From Deferribacterales bacterium (lineage in GTDB: Bacteria; Chrysiogenota; Deferribacteres; Deferribacterales; Geovibrionaceae), in contig JBFWLW010000016.1 of assembly GCA_050251945.1 (NCBI GenBank), forward strand, positions 1 through 57,006: DNA of 57,006 nucleotides, written 5' to 3'. How positions within the stretch are numbered: position 1 is the stretch's first letter; each line of letters starts with the position of its first letter. This document shows positions 47,993 through 57,006 of the stretch, piece after piece. Under the pieces are notes generated by a model. That model did no database searches. It was not told the origin of the DNA and saw only the letters and a program-made list of their open reading frames with translations. Position numbers and translations under genes: made by a program.

Positions 47993-48227
47993 GCTGCACC
48001 TTCCTGTGCTGAGTATTTGTGAACTGATTGTAATTATGGTATCAAAAATGAAAGGAAGCAAGACTGTCGTGCCGTATATTGTAAATAAAGGTTTGTTTTT
48101 TAAATATCAAAAGTATCTGTATGTTTGTCCGGCAGATATAAATTTGACCGGAACTCCTTTGAAAGTCAGCGGGGTGAATTGAAACATGGTTCTTAATGCG
48201 GTATAATTCGTTAAACACTGCCGGAGG

Positions 48228-49448
48228 ATGACAATGTCGGAATGGCTTGCCAAAAATGACCCCCATATGGAAAACCTCAGGCTCTACTGCAAGGGTGTTC
48301 TTGAAGACGAAGACCTTGGCGCACTTTATGCCGAATATGAAGACGATATAAAATCCGTTCAGTACGACGAGGTCATGGCTCTTGTCCACTGGATGGTATC
48401 CTGTGGCGATTATGACATGGAAACTATTAAGGATGCGCTGAACAGAATTATAAACATCTTTTCAAGTCAGCTGGACAAGGACGTTTTCAATCTATGCAGG
48501 CATGTGCCACAGTTCATTTCCATTCTGTCTGATGAAAATAGTGCCGTAATTGAACACATGGATTCTATAAAGGAACTGCTGAAATCTTTCAGCAAGGCAC
48601 CGGAAGGTTCCGCAGAATCTGACGGGTGCAAACGTGAGCTCATTGGGAAACTGGAAGAGCTTACAGAGATAGACAAGCATTACATAAAGAAGGAGAACAT
48701 CCTTTTTCCGTATGTTGAGAAATACATTCCGGAATACAGATGCATAGGTGTGATGTGGTCGATGCATGACGACGTGCGTCAGGGTATAAAGTTGCTTGCA
48801 GGTATCCTTTCGGAATCGTCTATGGACAGTATAAAATTCAACCGCACTGTGGGCAGGCTGTTTTTTGATATATACGGGCTTATCTTCAGAGAAGATTACA
48901 TACTGCTGCCCATGGCGGCACAGAAGATACCGGAGGACGTTTTCGCGGAGATAGTGTCGCAGTGTCCTGAAATCGGTTACTCGTTCATAAAAACTCCGGA
49001 AATCAAAGCCGCTTTGAAAAAAGGAGCAGCCATTCCCGATGGAACTATAGATCTTGAAACGGGAAGCTTATCCGCAAACGAGCTTATAACTATGCTGAAC
49101 ACACTGCCGGTAGACATTACCTATGTGGATGCCGACGACAGGGTTCGATATTTCTCATCTCCCAATGATCGAATCTTTCCGCGTTCAAAAGCTATCATCG
49201 GACGCACAGTTCAGAACTGCCATCCGCCGGAGAGCGTGCATATAGTGAACGATGTTGTGGAGCGTCTTAAATCCGGCAAAAAGAACGTTGAGAGCTTCTG
49301 GATTCAGATGGGCGGCAAATTCATCCTCATTCAATATTTTGCGCTCAGAGACAAAGACGGGAAATATATAGGTACAATCGAGGTCAGTCAGGATGTGACC
49401 GGAATACGCGAGCTTTCCGGCGAAAAAAGACTTCTGGACTTTCAGTGA
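48228..49448 (+). CDS. DUF438-type hemerythrin + PAS domain protein
   Basis: HYIKKENILFP, VMWSMHDD, LPVDITYVD and GRTVQNCHPP. Confidence 0.88.
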   Translation: MTMSEWLAKNDPHMENLRLYCKGVLEDEDLGALYAEYEDDIKSVQYDEVMALVHWMVSCGDYDMETIKDALNRIINIFSSQLDKDVFNLCRHVPQFISILSDENSAVIEHMDSIKELLKSFSKAPEGSAESDGCKRELIGKLEELTEIDKHYIKKENILFPYVEKYIPEYRCIGVMWSMHDDVRQGIKLLAGILSESSMDSIKFNRTVGRLFFDIYGLIFREDYILLPMAAQKIPEDVFAEIVSQCPEIGYSFIKTPEIKAALKKGAAIPDGTIDLETGSLSANELITMLNTLPVDITYVDADDRVRYFSSPNDRIFPRSKAIIGRTVQNCHPPESVHIVNDVVERLKSGKKNVESFWIQMGGKFILIQYFALRDKDGKYIGTIEVSQDVTGIRELSGEKRLLDFQ

Positions 49449-49470
49449 TATAGGCGGCTTTGAAAGCCGC

Positions 49471-49705
49471 CTCAGACTGATGACAAAGTCAGTAAATGCG
49501 GGATCGCGTCGTCGATTTATTCGATAAATAGTTTAAAGTGGACTCATTTCAGCAAGCTCGGTACAGAAACATTTGCAAAAATAGGCAAATGTTTTCAGCC
49601 TTCGGCTAGTGCTCCTCGCGAAGACAGAAAAACGTCTCTGCGAGGGTTTTAACCCGAAGCAGTCTAATGTGAGTCTGTGTAAATTTAGTTTGTCAACAAC
49701 CTGAG
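49471..49705. mobile_element. MITE-like element with a duplicated terminator target
   Basis: TIR CTCAGACTGATGACAAA / TTTGTCAACAACCTGAG; flanks 49452-49472 and 49704-49724 are 19/21 identical. Confidence 0.8.
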
Positions 49706-49800
49706 CCGGCTTTGAAACCCGCCTTTTTTGTCAGAAATAATTGAAAATTTATGCTTGATTATCTGGTGAATATAAATATAATAAGCTTCCTGAAAATTCG

Positions 49801-49873
<73 letters not shown>

Positions 49874-49948
49874 TTATATCTGGAAGGGAACTTGTTGAAA
49901 CACCACAGGTTCCCTTTTATTCCGTTTTTGGATGTTAAAAATTTCATA

Positions 49949-50021
49949 GGGGTATTAGCTTAGTTGGTAGAGCGGCTGACTCTTAATCAGTAGGTCGTAG
50001 GTTCGAATCCTACATACCCCA
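49949..50021 (+). tRNA. tRNA-Lys(CTT)
   Basis: GGGGTAT/ATACCCC acceptor stem, loop CTCTTAA, GGTTCGAATCC; CCA not encoded. Confidence 0.97.
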
Positions 50022-50034
50022 TAAATAACTGAAA

Positions 50035-50064
50035 TGGCTCGGAGAAATCCGGGCTATTTTTTTT
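50035..50064 (+). terminator. Terminator after the tRNAs
   Basis: GGCTCGGA-GAAA-TCCGGGCT followed by a T-run. Confidence 0.7.
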
Positions 50065-50155
50065 ATCGCCAATATAATTTTATATTTTTAGGAATAATGT
50101 TGATTTTTAAGTTGATATATGTAATTCTGTCGTAAATTTATTCAGCAGGGTAGTT

Positions 50156-51190
50156 ATGAAAACTTCATCAAAGCTGTCTTTTACCGACAGAAATCTTACG
50201 CTTATAATAGTTGTTGCAATGCTTGCCGGAGTTGCGACGGGTTATTTCATCAGCGGAATAGAGAATATAATAAACGCTTTCAATGTGGGCACAACGAACG
50301 TGCCGATTGCCGCCGGACTTATCATAATGATGTATCCGCCGTTTGCAAAGGTGCATTACGAAGACCTGCCGGATGTCTTTCGCAATGTCCGCGTGCTTCT
50401 GGTTTCGCTGGTGCAGAACTGGATCATCGGTCCGTTTCTTATGTTTTTCCTTGCCGTCATTTTCTTACCTGACAAGCCGGATTATATGGCGGGGCTTATC
50501 CTCATCGGTCTTGCAAGATGCATAGCGATGGTCATCGTCTGGAATGAGCTTGCGGAGGGAAGCGCAGAGTATGCCGCCGGGCTTGTAGCTTTCAACTCAA
50601 TATTTCAGGTGTTTTTCTACAGCGTTTTCGCATGGTTCTTTATGACTGTCCTGCCGCCTTTTTTCGGGCTGCGCGGTACATATGTGGATATATCCGTCAA
50701 AGAGATTGCCGTCAGCGTGTTCATATATCTCGGCATACCGTTCATCGCGGGGTTCATAACGCGCCTGATAGGCATAAAGATTATAGGAAAAGATGCTTAC
50801 TACAGCCGTTTTGTTCCGAAAGTGGGTAAACTGACGCTCATTGCTCTTCTTTTTACAATTTTTGTGATGTTCAGTCTTAAGGGTAAGATGATTGTGCAGA
50901 TACCTTACGATGTGTTCAGGATAGCCGTTCCGCTCTGCATTTATTTTGCTGTTATGTTTGTTGTTTCGTTTTATATGGGCAAAAAAACAGGCGCTGGATA
51001 TAAGGTGACGACCACTCTCGCTTTTACAGCCGCCAGCAATAACTTTGAACTTGCCATAGCGGTGGCTATAGCTGTTTTCGGGATAAATTCAGGTGCCGCG
51101 TTTGCGGCGGTCATAGGTCCTCTGGTGGAAGTTCCGGTTATGCTTGCCCTTGTTAATGCCGCTTTCTATTTCAGAAAGCGCATGTTCTGA
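50156..51190 (+). CDS. acr3: ACR3-family arsenite efflux transporter
   Basis: [28 protein letters not shown] and GPLVEVP. Confidence 0.96.
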   Translation: MKTSSKLSFTDRNLTLIIVVAMLAGVATGYFISGIENIINAFNVGTTNVPIAAGLIIMMYPPFAKVHYEDLPDVFRNVRVLLVSLVQNWIIGPFLMFFLAVIFLPDKPDYMAGLILIGLARCIAMVIVWNELAEGSAEYAAGLVAFNSIFQVFFYSVFAWFFMTVLPPFFGLRGTYVDISVKEIAVSVFIYLGIPFIAGFITRLIGIKIIGKDAYYSRFVPKVGKLTLIALLFTIFVMFSLKGKMIVQIPYDVFRIAVPLCIYFAVMFVVSFYMGKKTGAGYKVTTTLAFTAASNNFELAIAVAIAVFGINSGAAFAAVIGPLVEVPVMLALVNAAFYFRKRMF

Positions 51191-51251
51191 CATATGGATA
51201 ATAACCGTATAACAATTCTGTTTTATATTCATAAAATGATGGAGGTGTTTT

Positions 51252-51677
51252 ATGGCTAAAAAAATTCTCTTTGTATGTGTTCATAACAGCGCAAGAAGCC
51301 AGATGGCTGAAGCCTATCTTAATGCTTATTCACTGGGCAGATTTGAAGCGGAGAGCGCAGGACTTGAGCCCGGAGAGCTTAACCCCTATGTTGTAAAAGT
51401 CATGGCGGAGGAAGGAATTGATATTTCAGGCAATTCCACAAAGAGCGTATTCGATTTTTTTAAGCAGGGTAAACTATTTAACTATGTAATAACTGTGTGC
51501 GATGCGGAGGCGTCGGAAAGATGTCCGATATTTCCGGGTATAACGGCACGGGTACACTGGAGCTTTCCTGACCCTTCAACAGCGGCAGGGAGCGAAGAGG
51601 AAAAACTTGCTTATGTGCGCGAGATAAGAGACATGGTAAAGCAGCAGATAATTAAATTTCTTGACGAAGTAAATTGA
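51252..51677 (+). CDS. arsC: Thioredoxin-dependent arsenate reductase (LMW-PTP fold)
   Basis: [23 protein letters not shown] and HWSFPDP. Confidence 0.93.
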   Translation: MAKKILFVCVHNSARSQMAEAYLNAYSLGRFEAESAGLEPGELNPYVVKVMAEEGIDISGNSTKSVFDFFKQGKLFNYVITVCDAEASERCPIFPGITARVHWSFPDPSTAAGSEEEKLAYVREIRDMVKQQIIKFLDEVN

Positions 51678-51791
51678 ACATAAAAAGCTGAGAGCTATGC
51701 AAATATGTAAGGTATGATACTTGAAATAAATACCGCAGGAGCGTATCCCATAATTGATAACGCATCTTATGAATAAGTATCAAAATCAATT

Positions 51792-51968
51792 GAGATCGCT
51801 TCGTCGCTGCTATTCGACAATTAGTTAAAAATGGACTCATTTCAGCAAGCTCGGTACAGAAACATTTGCAAAAATAGGCAAATGTTTTCAGCCTTCGGCT
51901 GATGCTTCTCGCGAAGACGTTTATTTCTACCCGTCTCTGCGAACCCTGCAGGGGTGAAGCAGTCTCAT
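51792..51968. repeat. CGTC-type REP pair with a nested ~90-bp insert
   Basis: Family A ends; 51832-51900 is identical to 49539-49607. Confidence 0.88.
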
Positions 51969-52054
51969 TCTTATAATACGCGATATTATTTATGAGATGT
52001 GCGCTATGGGCAAAAAAGATGACGCCGATTGAATATCCGCGTCATCTTAATATT

Positions 52055-52507
52055 TTACAGAGCTTTTTGCGGACGGATGGTCAGAACGGGGCAGGGCGCG
52101 TTTTTGACCACGCCTTCGGCTGTGCTTCCGAATATGAAATGTTCAAAACCCTGCCGTCCGTGGGTTCCCATAACTATCATTGATGCGTCAAGCTCTTTTG
52201 CTTTCTCAACTATCCTTTCGTGGGGAACACCGACTGCGGTTATTCCGGTGATATCCGGGAATTCGTCTCTGTGCTTTTCGCAGAAATCAGCGGTGAGTTT
52301 CGCCGCCGCTTCGTCAATCTGCCTGTCTGTGTCCTCAAAGGAGATGTGCGGAACATAATAATCACGCAGATCAGTCTGGCGGTGGATAACGTGAATGACG
52401 GTTATCTCTGCGTCGAAAGCGCGTGCCATTGAGGCGGCGTATTCAAACGTATAGTCGGAACCTTCCGATATATCCAGTGCGAACAGTATCTTTTTTATAT
52501 CTTTCAT
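52055..52507 (-). CDS. Universal stress protein
   Basis: KKILFALD, GVPHERI, VMGTHGRQG..FGSTAE and APCPVL. Confidence 0.95.
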   Translation of the reverse strand: MKDIKKILFALDISEGSDYTFEYAASMARAFDAEITVIHVIHRQTDLRDYYVPHISFEDTDRQIDEAAAKLTADFCEKHRDEFPDITGITAVGVPHERIVEKAKELDASMIVMGTHGRQGFEHFIFGSTAEGVVKNAPCPVLTIRPQKAL

Positions 52508-52521
52508 GATGAACCCCCTTA

Positions 52522-53466
52522 TTAGCTTATCCAGCCGCTCATGATGGCGAAACTGCTTGAAACGGAAACGACTATCCAGAGCAGAACGCCCTGCGCAAGC
52601 GGTCTTATACCCGTTCTGCCCAGAACCTCCCTTGTCAGCCCGCTTCCTATGAGAAACAGGGTAACCACAAGGCTCTGTTTTGCTATTGCGTTAAGTGGAT
52701 TCCAGACCATATCAAGCTGCGGCAGAGACGTTTTTATCACTGCGGCAAGGATGAAACCGAGGATGAACAGGGGAAATTTGACTTTCCCTTCGGATTTGCT
52801 GACCCATGCGGCAATGAGAGCCGCAGGCATAATCCAGAGCGCTCTTGTGAGTTTCACCGTGGTTCCCACCGCCAGTGCCACGCTTCCGTATGCTGCCGCC
52901 GCACCCACAACACTGCTTGTGTCGTGTATGGCGAGTGCAGACCACAGACCGAACTGGCGCTGTGCCATGCCCAGCAGATGACCTATGGGCGGAAACAGGA
53001 TGAGCGCCACTGAATTCAGTGTGAAGACCGTCGCCAGCGCCACGCCTATTTCTTCGGATTCCGCCTTAATTACGGGAGCCATGGCGGCGATTGCACTGCC
53101 GCCGCAAATGGCTGACCCGAAGCTGATAAGTGTTGACGTGCGCTGGGGAATTTTGAACGCTTTGCCGAGCAGAAGTCCCACCGCCATTGAGAACGTTATG
53201 CTTATGGCAGTGTAAACGAATGCGTCCTTGCCTGTTTTAAGCAGTTCCGGCAGATTCATGCCGAAACCCAAACCGACGACAGAAGCCTGAAGCAGTCGTC
53301 TGCTCCACACAGATGTTGCTTTGCTCCAGGGATTGCCGAAGATGATGCCGAAGCCTATTCCCGCCGTGAGTGCCATCGGTGCGCTGACCATGGGCAGACA
53401 GCAGCAGATTAGCAGAAGCCAGAATAAGATCATTAATCCATGATTGTTGTTCATGCCAAACTCCAT
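52522..53466 (-). CDS. YeiH-family putative sulfate exporter
   Basis: AICGGSAIAA, IHDTSSVVG and VKLTRALW; divergent from a LysR gene. Confidence 0.9.
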   Translation of the reverse strand: MEFGMNNNHGLMILFWLLLICCCLPMVSAPMALTAGIGFGIIFGNPWSKATSVWSRRLLQASVVGLGFGMNLPELLKTGKDAFVYTAISITFSMAVGLLLGKAFKIPQRTSTLISFGSAICGGSAIAAMAPVIKAESEEIGVALATVFTLNSVALILFPPIGHLLGMAQRQFGLWSALAIHDTSSVVGAAAAYGSVALAVGTTVKLTRALWIMPAALIAAWVSKSEGKVKFPLFILGFILAAVIKTSLPQLDMVWNPLNAIAKQSLVVTLFLIGSGLTREVLGRTGIRPLAQGVLLWIVVSVSSSFAIMSGWIS

Positions 53467-53563
53467 CGTTTTATATTTGTTGCTTTATAATATGATTTTT
53501 TGTATATAAATAAAAATTCAAAATATTTAGTATTATATTCAGTTTTACTTATAAGAGGTCGGG

Positions 53564-54460
53564 ATGAATATAACTTTGCGGCAGCTTGAGATATTTGAAA
53601 AGGTGGCAGTGAGCCAGCATGTAACTAAGGCGAGTGAACAGCTTTTCCTCAGCCAGTCTGCTGTCAGCATGGCTATAGCGGATATGGAGAGGATAACGGG
53701 AGCGCCACTTTTCGAGCGCAGAGGGAGGAGACTTCTTCTGAACGACAGGGGCAGGGAGATTTTGCCGGAAGTTCAGGAAGTTCTGAAAAAGGTTGATATG
53801 ATAGAGCAGTTTCTTAACGAGTCAGTCGGGGAACCCTTGGGAACTCTTAAAGTCGGAGCGAGTACGACGATAGGCAACTATCTGCTTCCGAAAATAGTTG
53901 GCGAGTTTTCGCGGCAGTATCCCCGTGCGAAAATTCTGCTTTACGTGGCGAACACTCAGCAGATAGAGGAAGCTGTGCAGAGCGGAGAATATGACCTCGG
54001 TCTCATCGAGGGACCTTCGCACAATACCGCCCTGACCGCGACCCCGTGGCGTGATGATGAGCTTGTTGTTATAACAGGGAGAGATCATTCGTTTGCCGCT
54101 GACGGCACAGCAAATGCGGAGATGCTTTCCGGTGCCGACTGGATAATAAGGGAGAAGGGATCAGGTACGCGCGAAATTTTTGAGAGTGCCATGGCGGCGC
54201 AGGGAATCGGATACGGCGTATCAATGGAGCTTGGTCATACGGAGGCGATAAAGAAGGCTGTGGAAGAGGGACTTGGAATCGGGTGCCTGTCCAGAATGGC
54301 TGTTCAGCGGGAACTGGACAACGGGTGGCTCACAGAGGTGAAGACAGAGCTTGACCTCAGGCGCACTCTGTTCATTGTGACGGGTGAGGCAGGTTACAGA
54401 ACCCGCCTTTTCAGGGCATATCTGGAACTGTTGGAAAGAATTGATATCGGCGGTGAATAG
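53564..54460 (+). CDS. LysR-family regulator (YeiE/CysL-like)
   Basis: TLRQLEIF...SQSAVS, GASTTIGNY and REKGSGTR. Confidence 0.94.
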   Translation: MNITLRQLEIFEKVAVSQHVTKASEQLFLSQSAVSMAIADMERITGAPLFERRGRRLLLNDRGREILPEVQEVLKKVDMIEQFLNESVGEPLGTLKVGASTTIGNYLLPKIVGEFSRQYPRAKILLYVANTQQIEEAVQSGEYDLGLIEGPSHNTALTATPWRDDELVVITGRDHSFAADGTANAEMLSGADWIIREKGSGTREIFESAMAAQGIGYGVSMELGHTEAIKKAVEEGLGIGCLSRMAVQRELDNGWLTEVKTELDLRRTLFIVTGEAGYRTRLFRAYLELLERIDIGGE

Positions 54461-54463
54461 CTT

Positions 54464-55489
54464 TTATATTCTTGCGAATTCAGCGCCGTTTCCGCCGCGT
54501 CTTTTAACTTTATAAATGCCGTCGTCCGCCTTTTTGATTATTTTTTTCATCTGTTCAGACAAAATCTCTCCGTCTGTGACCGTAGCCGAAACAGCAGAGA
54601 TACTTAACGTGGTGCCGTGGCGTTCGGACGTCATATATACTTCCTGAAGTCTCGTTACAACCCTTTCCGCTGCGGAGAGTTCTGTCGTGGGCAGAATGAT
54701 TCCGAACTCGTCACCGCCGAAACGAAAAGGCACGTCCCGTCCGTTTCTTATCACCTCTGTCATTATAAGCGCAAGCTGTTTCAGAACTCTGTCGCCTGTG
54801 TCGTGTCCGTACGTGTCGTTAACCTGTTTGAATTTGTCACAGTCAACCATGATAAGCGTCAGAGGTGTGCCGCTCCGGTATGCGTTTTCTGTTTCAACCT
54901 GAAAAACGGTATCAAAATACCTTCTGTTGAAAAGTCCTGTAAGTCCGTCGCGCTCCGCCAGTTTTTTCATCATGTTCGCTTCCGAACGGGTCTCTTTCAG
55001 GTTGTATATGAGCATATTGTTCTGTCCGCGTATTACCCTCGCCAGAGATTCGAGACTGCGCAGAACCTGAATGAGATAATTCTCCTCGTCCTTCTGCATG
55101 GGCAGGTCGAAATGGGTGTCATAGTAGCCGTCCTTGATGCGTTCTGCGAACTCGTTTATTTTGAGCAGGTTATTTTTGAAAAGCAGATATTCCAGAAGAG
55201 TGGTTATCGAACGCGCAGACAGCAGCATGAAAAGCGGTATAAGAATCAGTCCGTTGTTTCCGGGTTTCAGTATATGGTGCTCGTAAAGCAGGATTATCAG
55301 CATCATGGGGATTATCCCCAGACACAGAAGGACAAGAAAAAGGTGCTGCCTTATCTTGAAGTTAACCTGTATTTTGGCAGATTGCTCAACTGTTTTCATA
55401 GAACTCTCCATACCTTCCGCTCTGGTCTGTTTCGACCGAAGGCAGGCGAATCCATGTTTTTGTGAGTTTAATACTTCTGTGGTTTCCAA
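54464..55489 (-). CDS. Membrane diguanylate cyclase (2 TM, HAMP-like, GGDEF)
   Basis: DGLTGLFNRR, DKFKQVNDTYGH and RFGGDEF; start uncertain. Confidence 0.9.
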   Translation of the reverse strand: METTEVLNSQKHGFACLRSKQTRAEGMESSMKTVEQSAKIQVNFKIRQHLFLVLLCLGIIPMMLIILLYEHHILKPGNNGLILIPLFMLLSARSITTLLEYLLFKNNLLKINEFAERIKDGYYDTHFDLPMQKDEENYLIQVLRSLESLARVIRGQNNMLIYNLKETRSEANMMKKLAERDGLTGLFNRRYFDTVFQVETENAYRSGTPLTLIMVDCDKFKQVNDTYGHDTGDRVLKQLALIMTEVIRNGRDVPFRFGGDEFGIILPTTELSAAERVVTRLQEVYMTSERHGTTLSISAVSATVTDGEILSEQMKKIIKKADDGIYKVKRRGGNGAEFARI

Positions 55490-55517
55490 AAAACAGCCCC
55501 GTTGAATTAAATAAATA

Positions 55518-55536
55518 GATAATGATAATCATTATC
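55518..55536. promoter_or_regulatory. Fur box
   Basis: GATAATGATAATCATTATC, a 19/19 match to the classical Fur consensus; TTGACA on minus at 55557-55552. Confidence 0.88.
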
Positions 55537-55846
55537 AGAAAAATGTCCCGATGTCAATGTTAAATGTTCCGTTTTTTGATACTGCAGACAGTGAAAGCTT
55601 CATGCCGGAATTTGCCGCAGGCACTGACGGTATGGATTTTCTATTTTCAAAATACGGCGACAGCGACCGGACACTGCGATTCTTTTGAAGTGAAGATTAC
55701 TTACCGCTTACGGAACGCTTTTCTGCGGATCAACATAGATATTTGATGAGCATTTGTGATTTATTCTATGGCAATAAGGCTATTTTGATCCCATATTATT
55801 TGTAACCTGCTTAAACTATAGTTTAAAAATAGTACGGAGGACAAAG

Positions 55847-56887
55847 ATGAAAGCACTTGTTTATCTGGGACCCGGTAAAAAAGCTGTTGAAGAGCGGTCT
55901 ATACCGGAAATAATTGCGCCGGGCGATGCTGTTGTCAGGGTTCTTAAAACCACTATATGCGGCACTGATCTCCATATTCTGAAGGGTGACGTAGCCACTT
56001 GCGCCCCGGGCAGGGTTCTGGGGCATGAAGGCGTAGGTATCGTGGAAAAGGTCGGTGCGGCAGTTTCAAACTTTAAAAAGGGCGACCATGTGCTTATCTC
56101 ATGCATTTCCGCATGCGGCATATGCGAATACTGCCGCCGCGGTATGTTCTCTCATTGCGAAACAGGGGGCTGGATACTGGGCAACACAATAGACGGTACG
56201 CAGGCTGAATATGTGAGGATACCTCACGCATCGACCAGCCTTTACCATATCCCCGCCGGAGCAGACGAAGAGGCGCTGGTGATGTTAAGTGATATCCTGC
56301 CGACAGGGTTCGAGTGCGGGGTGCTTAACGGAGGGGTCTCCCCCGGATCCACTGTCGCTATAGTCGGTGCCGGTCCTGTGGGTATGGCGACGCTGCTCAC
56401 TGCACAGTTTTATTCGCCAGCCAGACTTATCATGATTGATCTGGACGCGAACCGTCTTGAGGCGGCGAAAAATTTTGGCGCCACGGATATTGTCAACGCA
56501 GGTGAATGTGATCCAGTTGCAAGGGTTAAGGAGCTTACGGGCGGGAAGGGTGTTGACACCGCCATTGAAGCGGTGGGCGTTCCGTCCACGTTTGTCACAT
56601 GTCAGCGGATAGTGGCCGCAGGCGGCACCATAGCGAATGTCGGAGTGCATGGGGTGAAGGCTGATTTACACCTTGAAGACCTTTGGTCACATAACATAAC
56701 AATAACCACGAGACTGGTTGATACTGTCACGACACCGATGCTTTTAAAAACGGTTCAGGCGGACAAAATAAAACCTGAACTGCTGATCACGCACAGATTC
56801 AAAATGTCGCAGATAACAGAGGCGTATGAAGTGTTTGCCAAGGCAGCGGACACAAAAGCGCTGAAGGTCATAATAGAGGCAGATTAA
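55847..56887 (+). CDS. Zinc-dependent alcohol dehydrogenase family protein
   Basis: ICGTDLH, GHEGVG, CGICEYC..C and GAGPVG. Confidence 0.95.
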   Translation: MKALVYLGPGKKAVEERSIPEIIAPGDAVVRVLKTTICGTDLHILKGDVATCAPGRVLGHEGVGIVEKVGAAVSNFKKGDHVLISCISACGICEYCRRGMFSHCETGGWILGNTIDGTQAEYVRIPHASTSLYHIPAGADEEALVMLSDILPTGFECGVLNGGVSPGSTVAIVGAGPVGMATLLTAQFYSPARLIMIDLDANRLEAAKNFGATDIVNAGECDPVARVKELTGGKGVDTAIEAVGVPSTFVTCQRIVAAGGTIANVGVHGVKADLHLEDLWSHNITITTRLVDTVTTPMLLKTVQADKIKPELLITHRFKMSQITEAYEVFAKAADTKALKVIIEAD

Positions 56888-56909
56888 TATGAGGGGAGCC
56901 TGTGCTCCC

Positions 56910-57006
56910 CTCAGGTTGTTGACAAACTAAAGTTACACAGCCTCACATTAGACTGCTTCGGGTTAAAACCCTCGCAGAGACGTTTTTTTGTCTTCGCGAG
57001 GAGCAC
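56910..57006. mobile_element. MITE-like element (inverted copy of 49471-49705, truncated by the window end)
   Basis: CTCAGGTTGTTGACAAA directly after hairpin GAGGGGAGC-CTGT-GCTCCCCTC; near-identical reverse complement of 49610-49705. Confidence 0.8.

Noticed and set aside
54617..55465. 282-aa plus-strand ORF and the many other antisense ORFs in the track
   Set aside because: Shadow frames of well-supported genes, without motifs or RBS.

Overview
Bacterial chromosomal segment, probably from an anaerobe of the Deferribacterota type (Seleniivibrio/Denitrovibrio-like); this is a tentative inference from gene content. From left to right: glnK-amtB (minus) and a PAS histidine kinase; a 12.2-kb minus-strand operon of 15 intact, translationally coupled phage-structural genes (Mu-type protease, head decoration, lambda-E-type capsid, gp36-like, tail-tip and fibre proteins) with no terminase, portal, tail tube, tape measure, integrase or att site; a TPR lipoprotein; a cluster of DnaA-box-like 9-mers; an orphan S8 protease co-transcribed with an XRE repressor and divergent from an Xis-like HTH gene; ftsY, an SPL-type radical SAM and a WYL regulator; a near-complete dcw cluster (mraZ to ftsZ, no murB); Fic; pncAB; a hemerythrin-PAS protein; tRNA-Ala and tRNA-Lys; acr3-arsC; usp-yeiH/LysR; a Fur-boxed diguanylate cyclase; and a Zn-dependent ADH. 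The best candidate for an undescribed system is this: four evenly spaced ACA-N9-TGT operators between the XRE and Xis-like genes recur twice upstream of the capsid operon 4 kb away. This points to a domesticated, switch-controlled phage-derived particle (GTA-like or tail-less) with an associated S8 protease. Intergenic DNA also carries several nested families of structured repeats: CGTC-type REP pairs, a MITE that targets terminator hairpins, and a ~135-bp element with CsrA-like CAGGANG loops.
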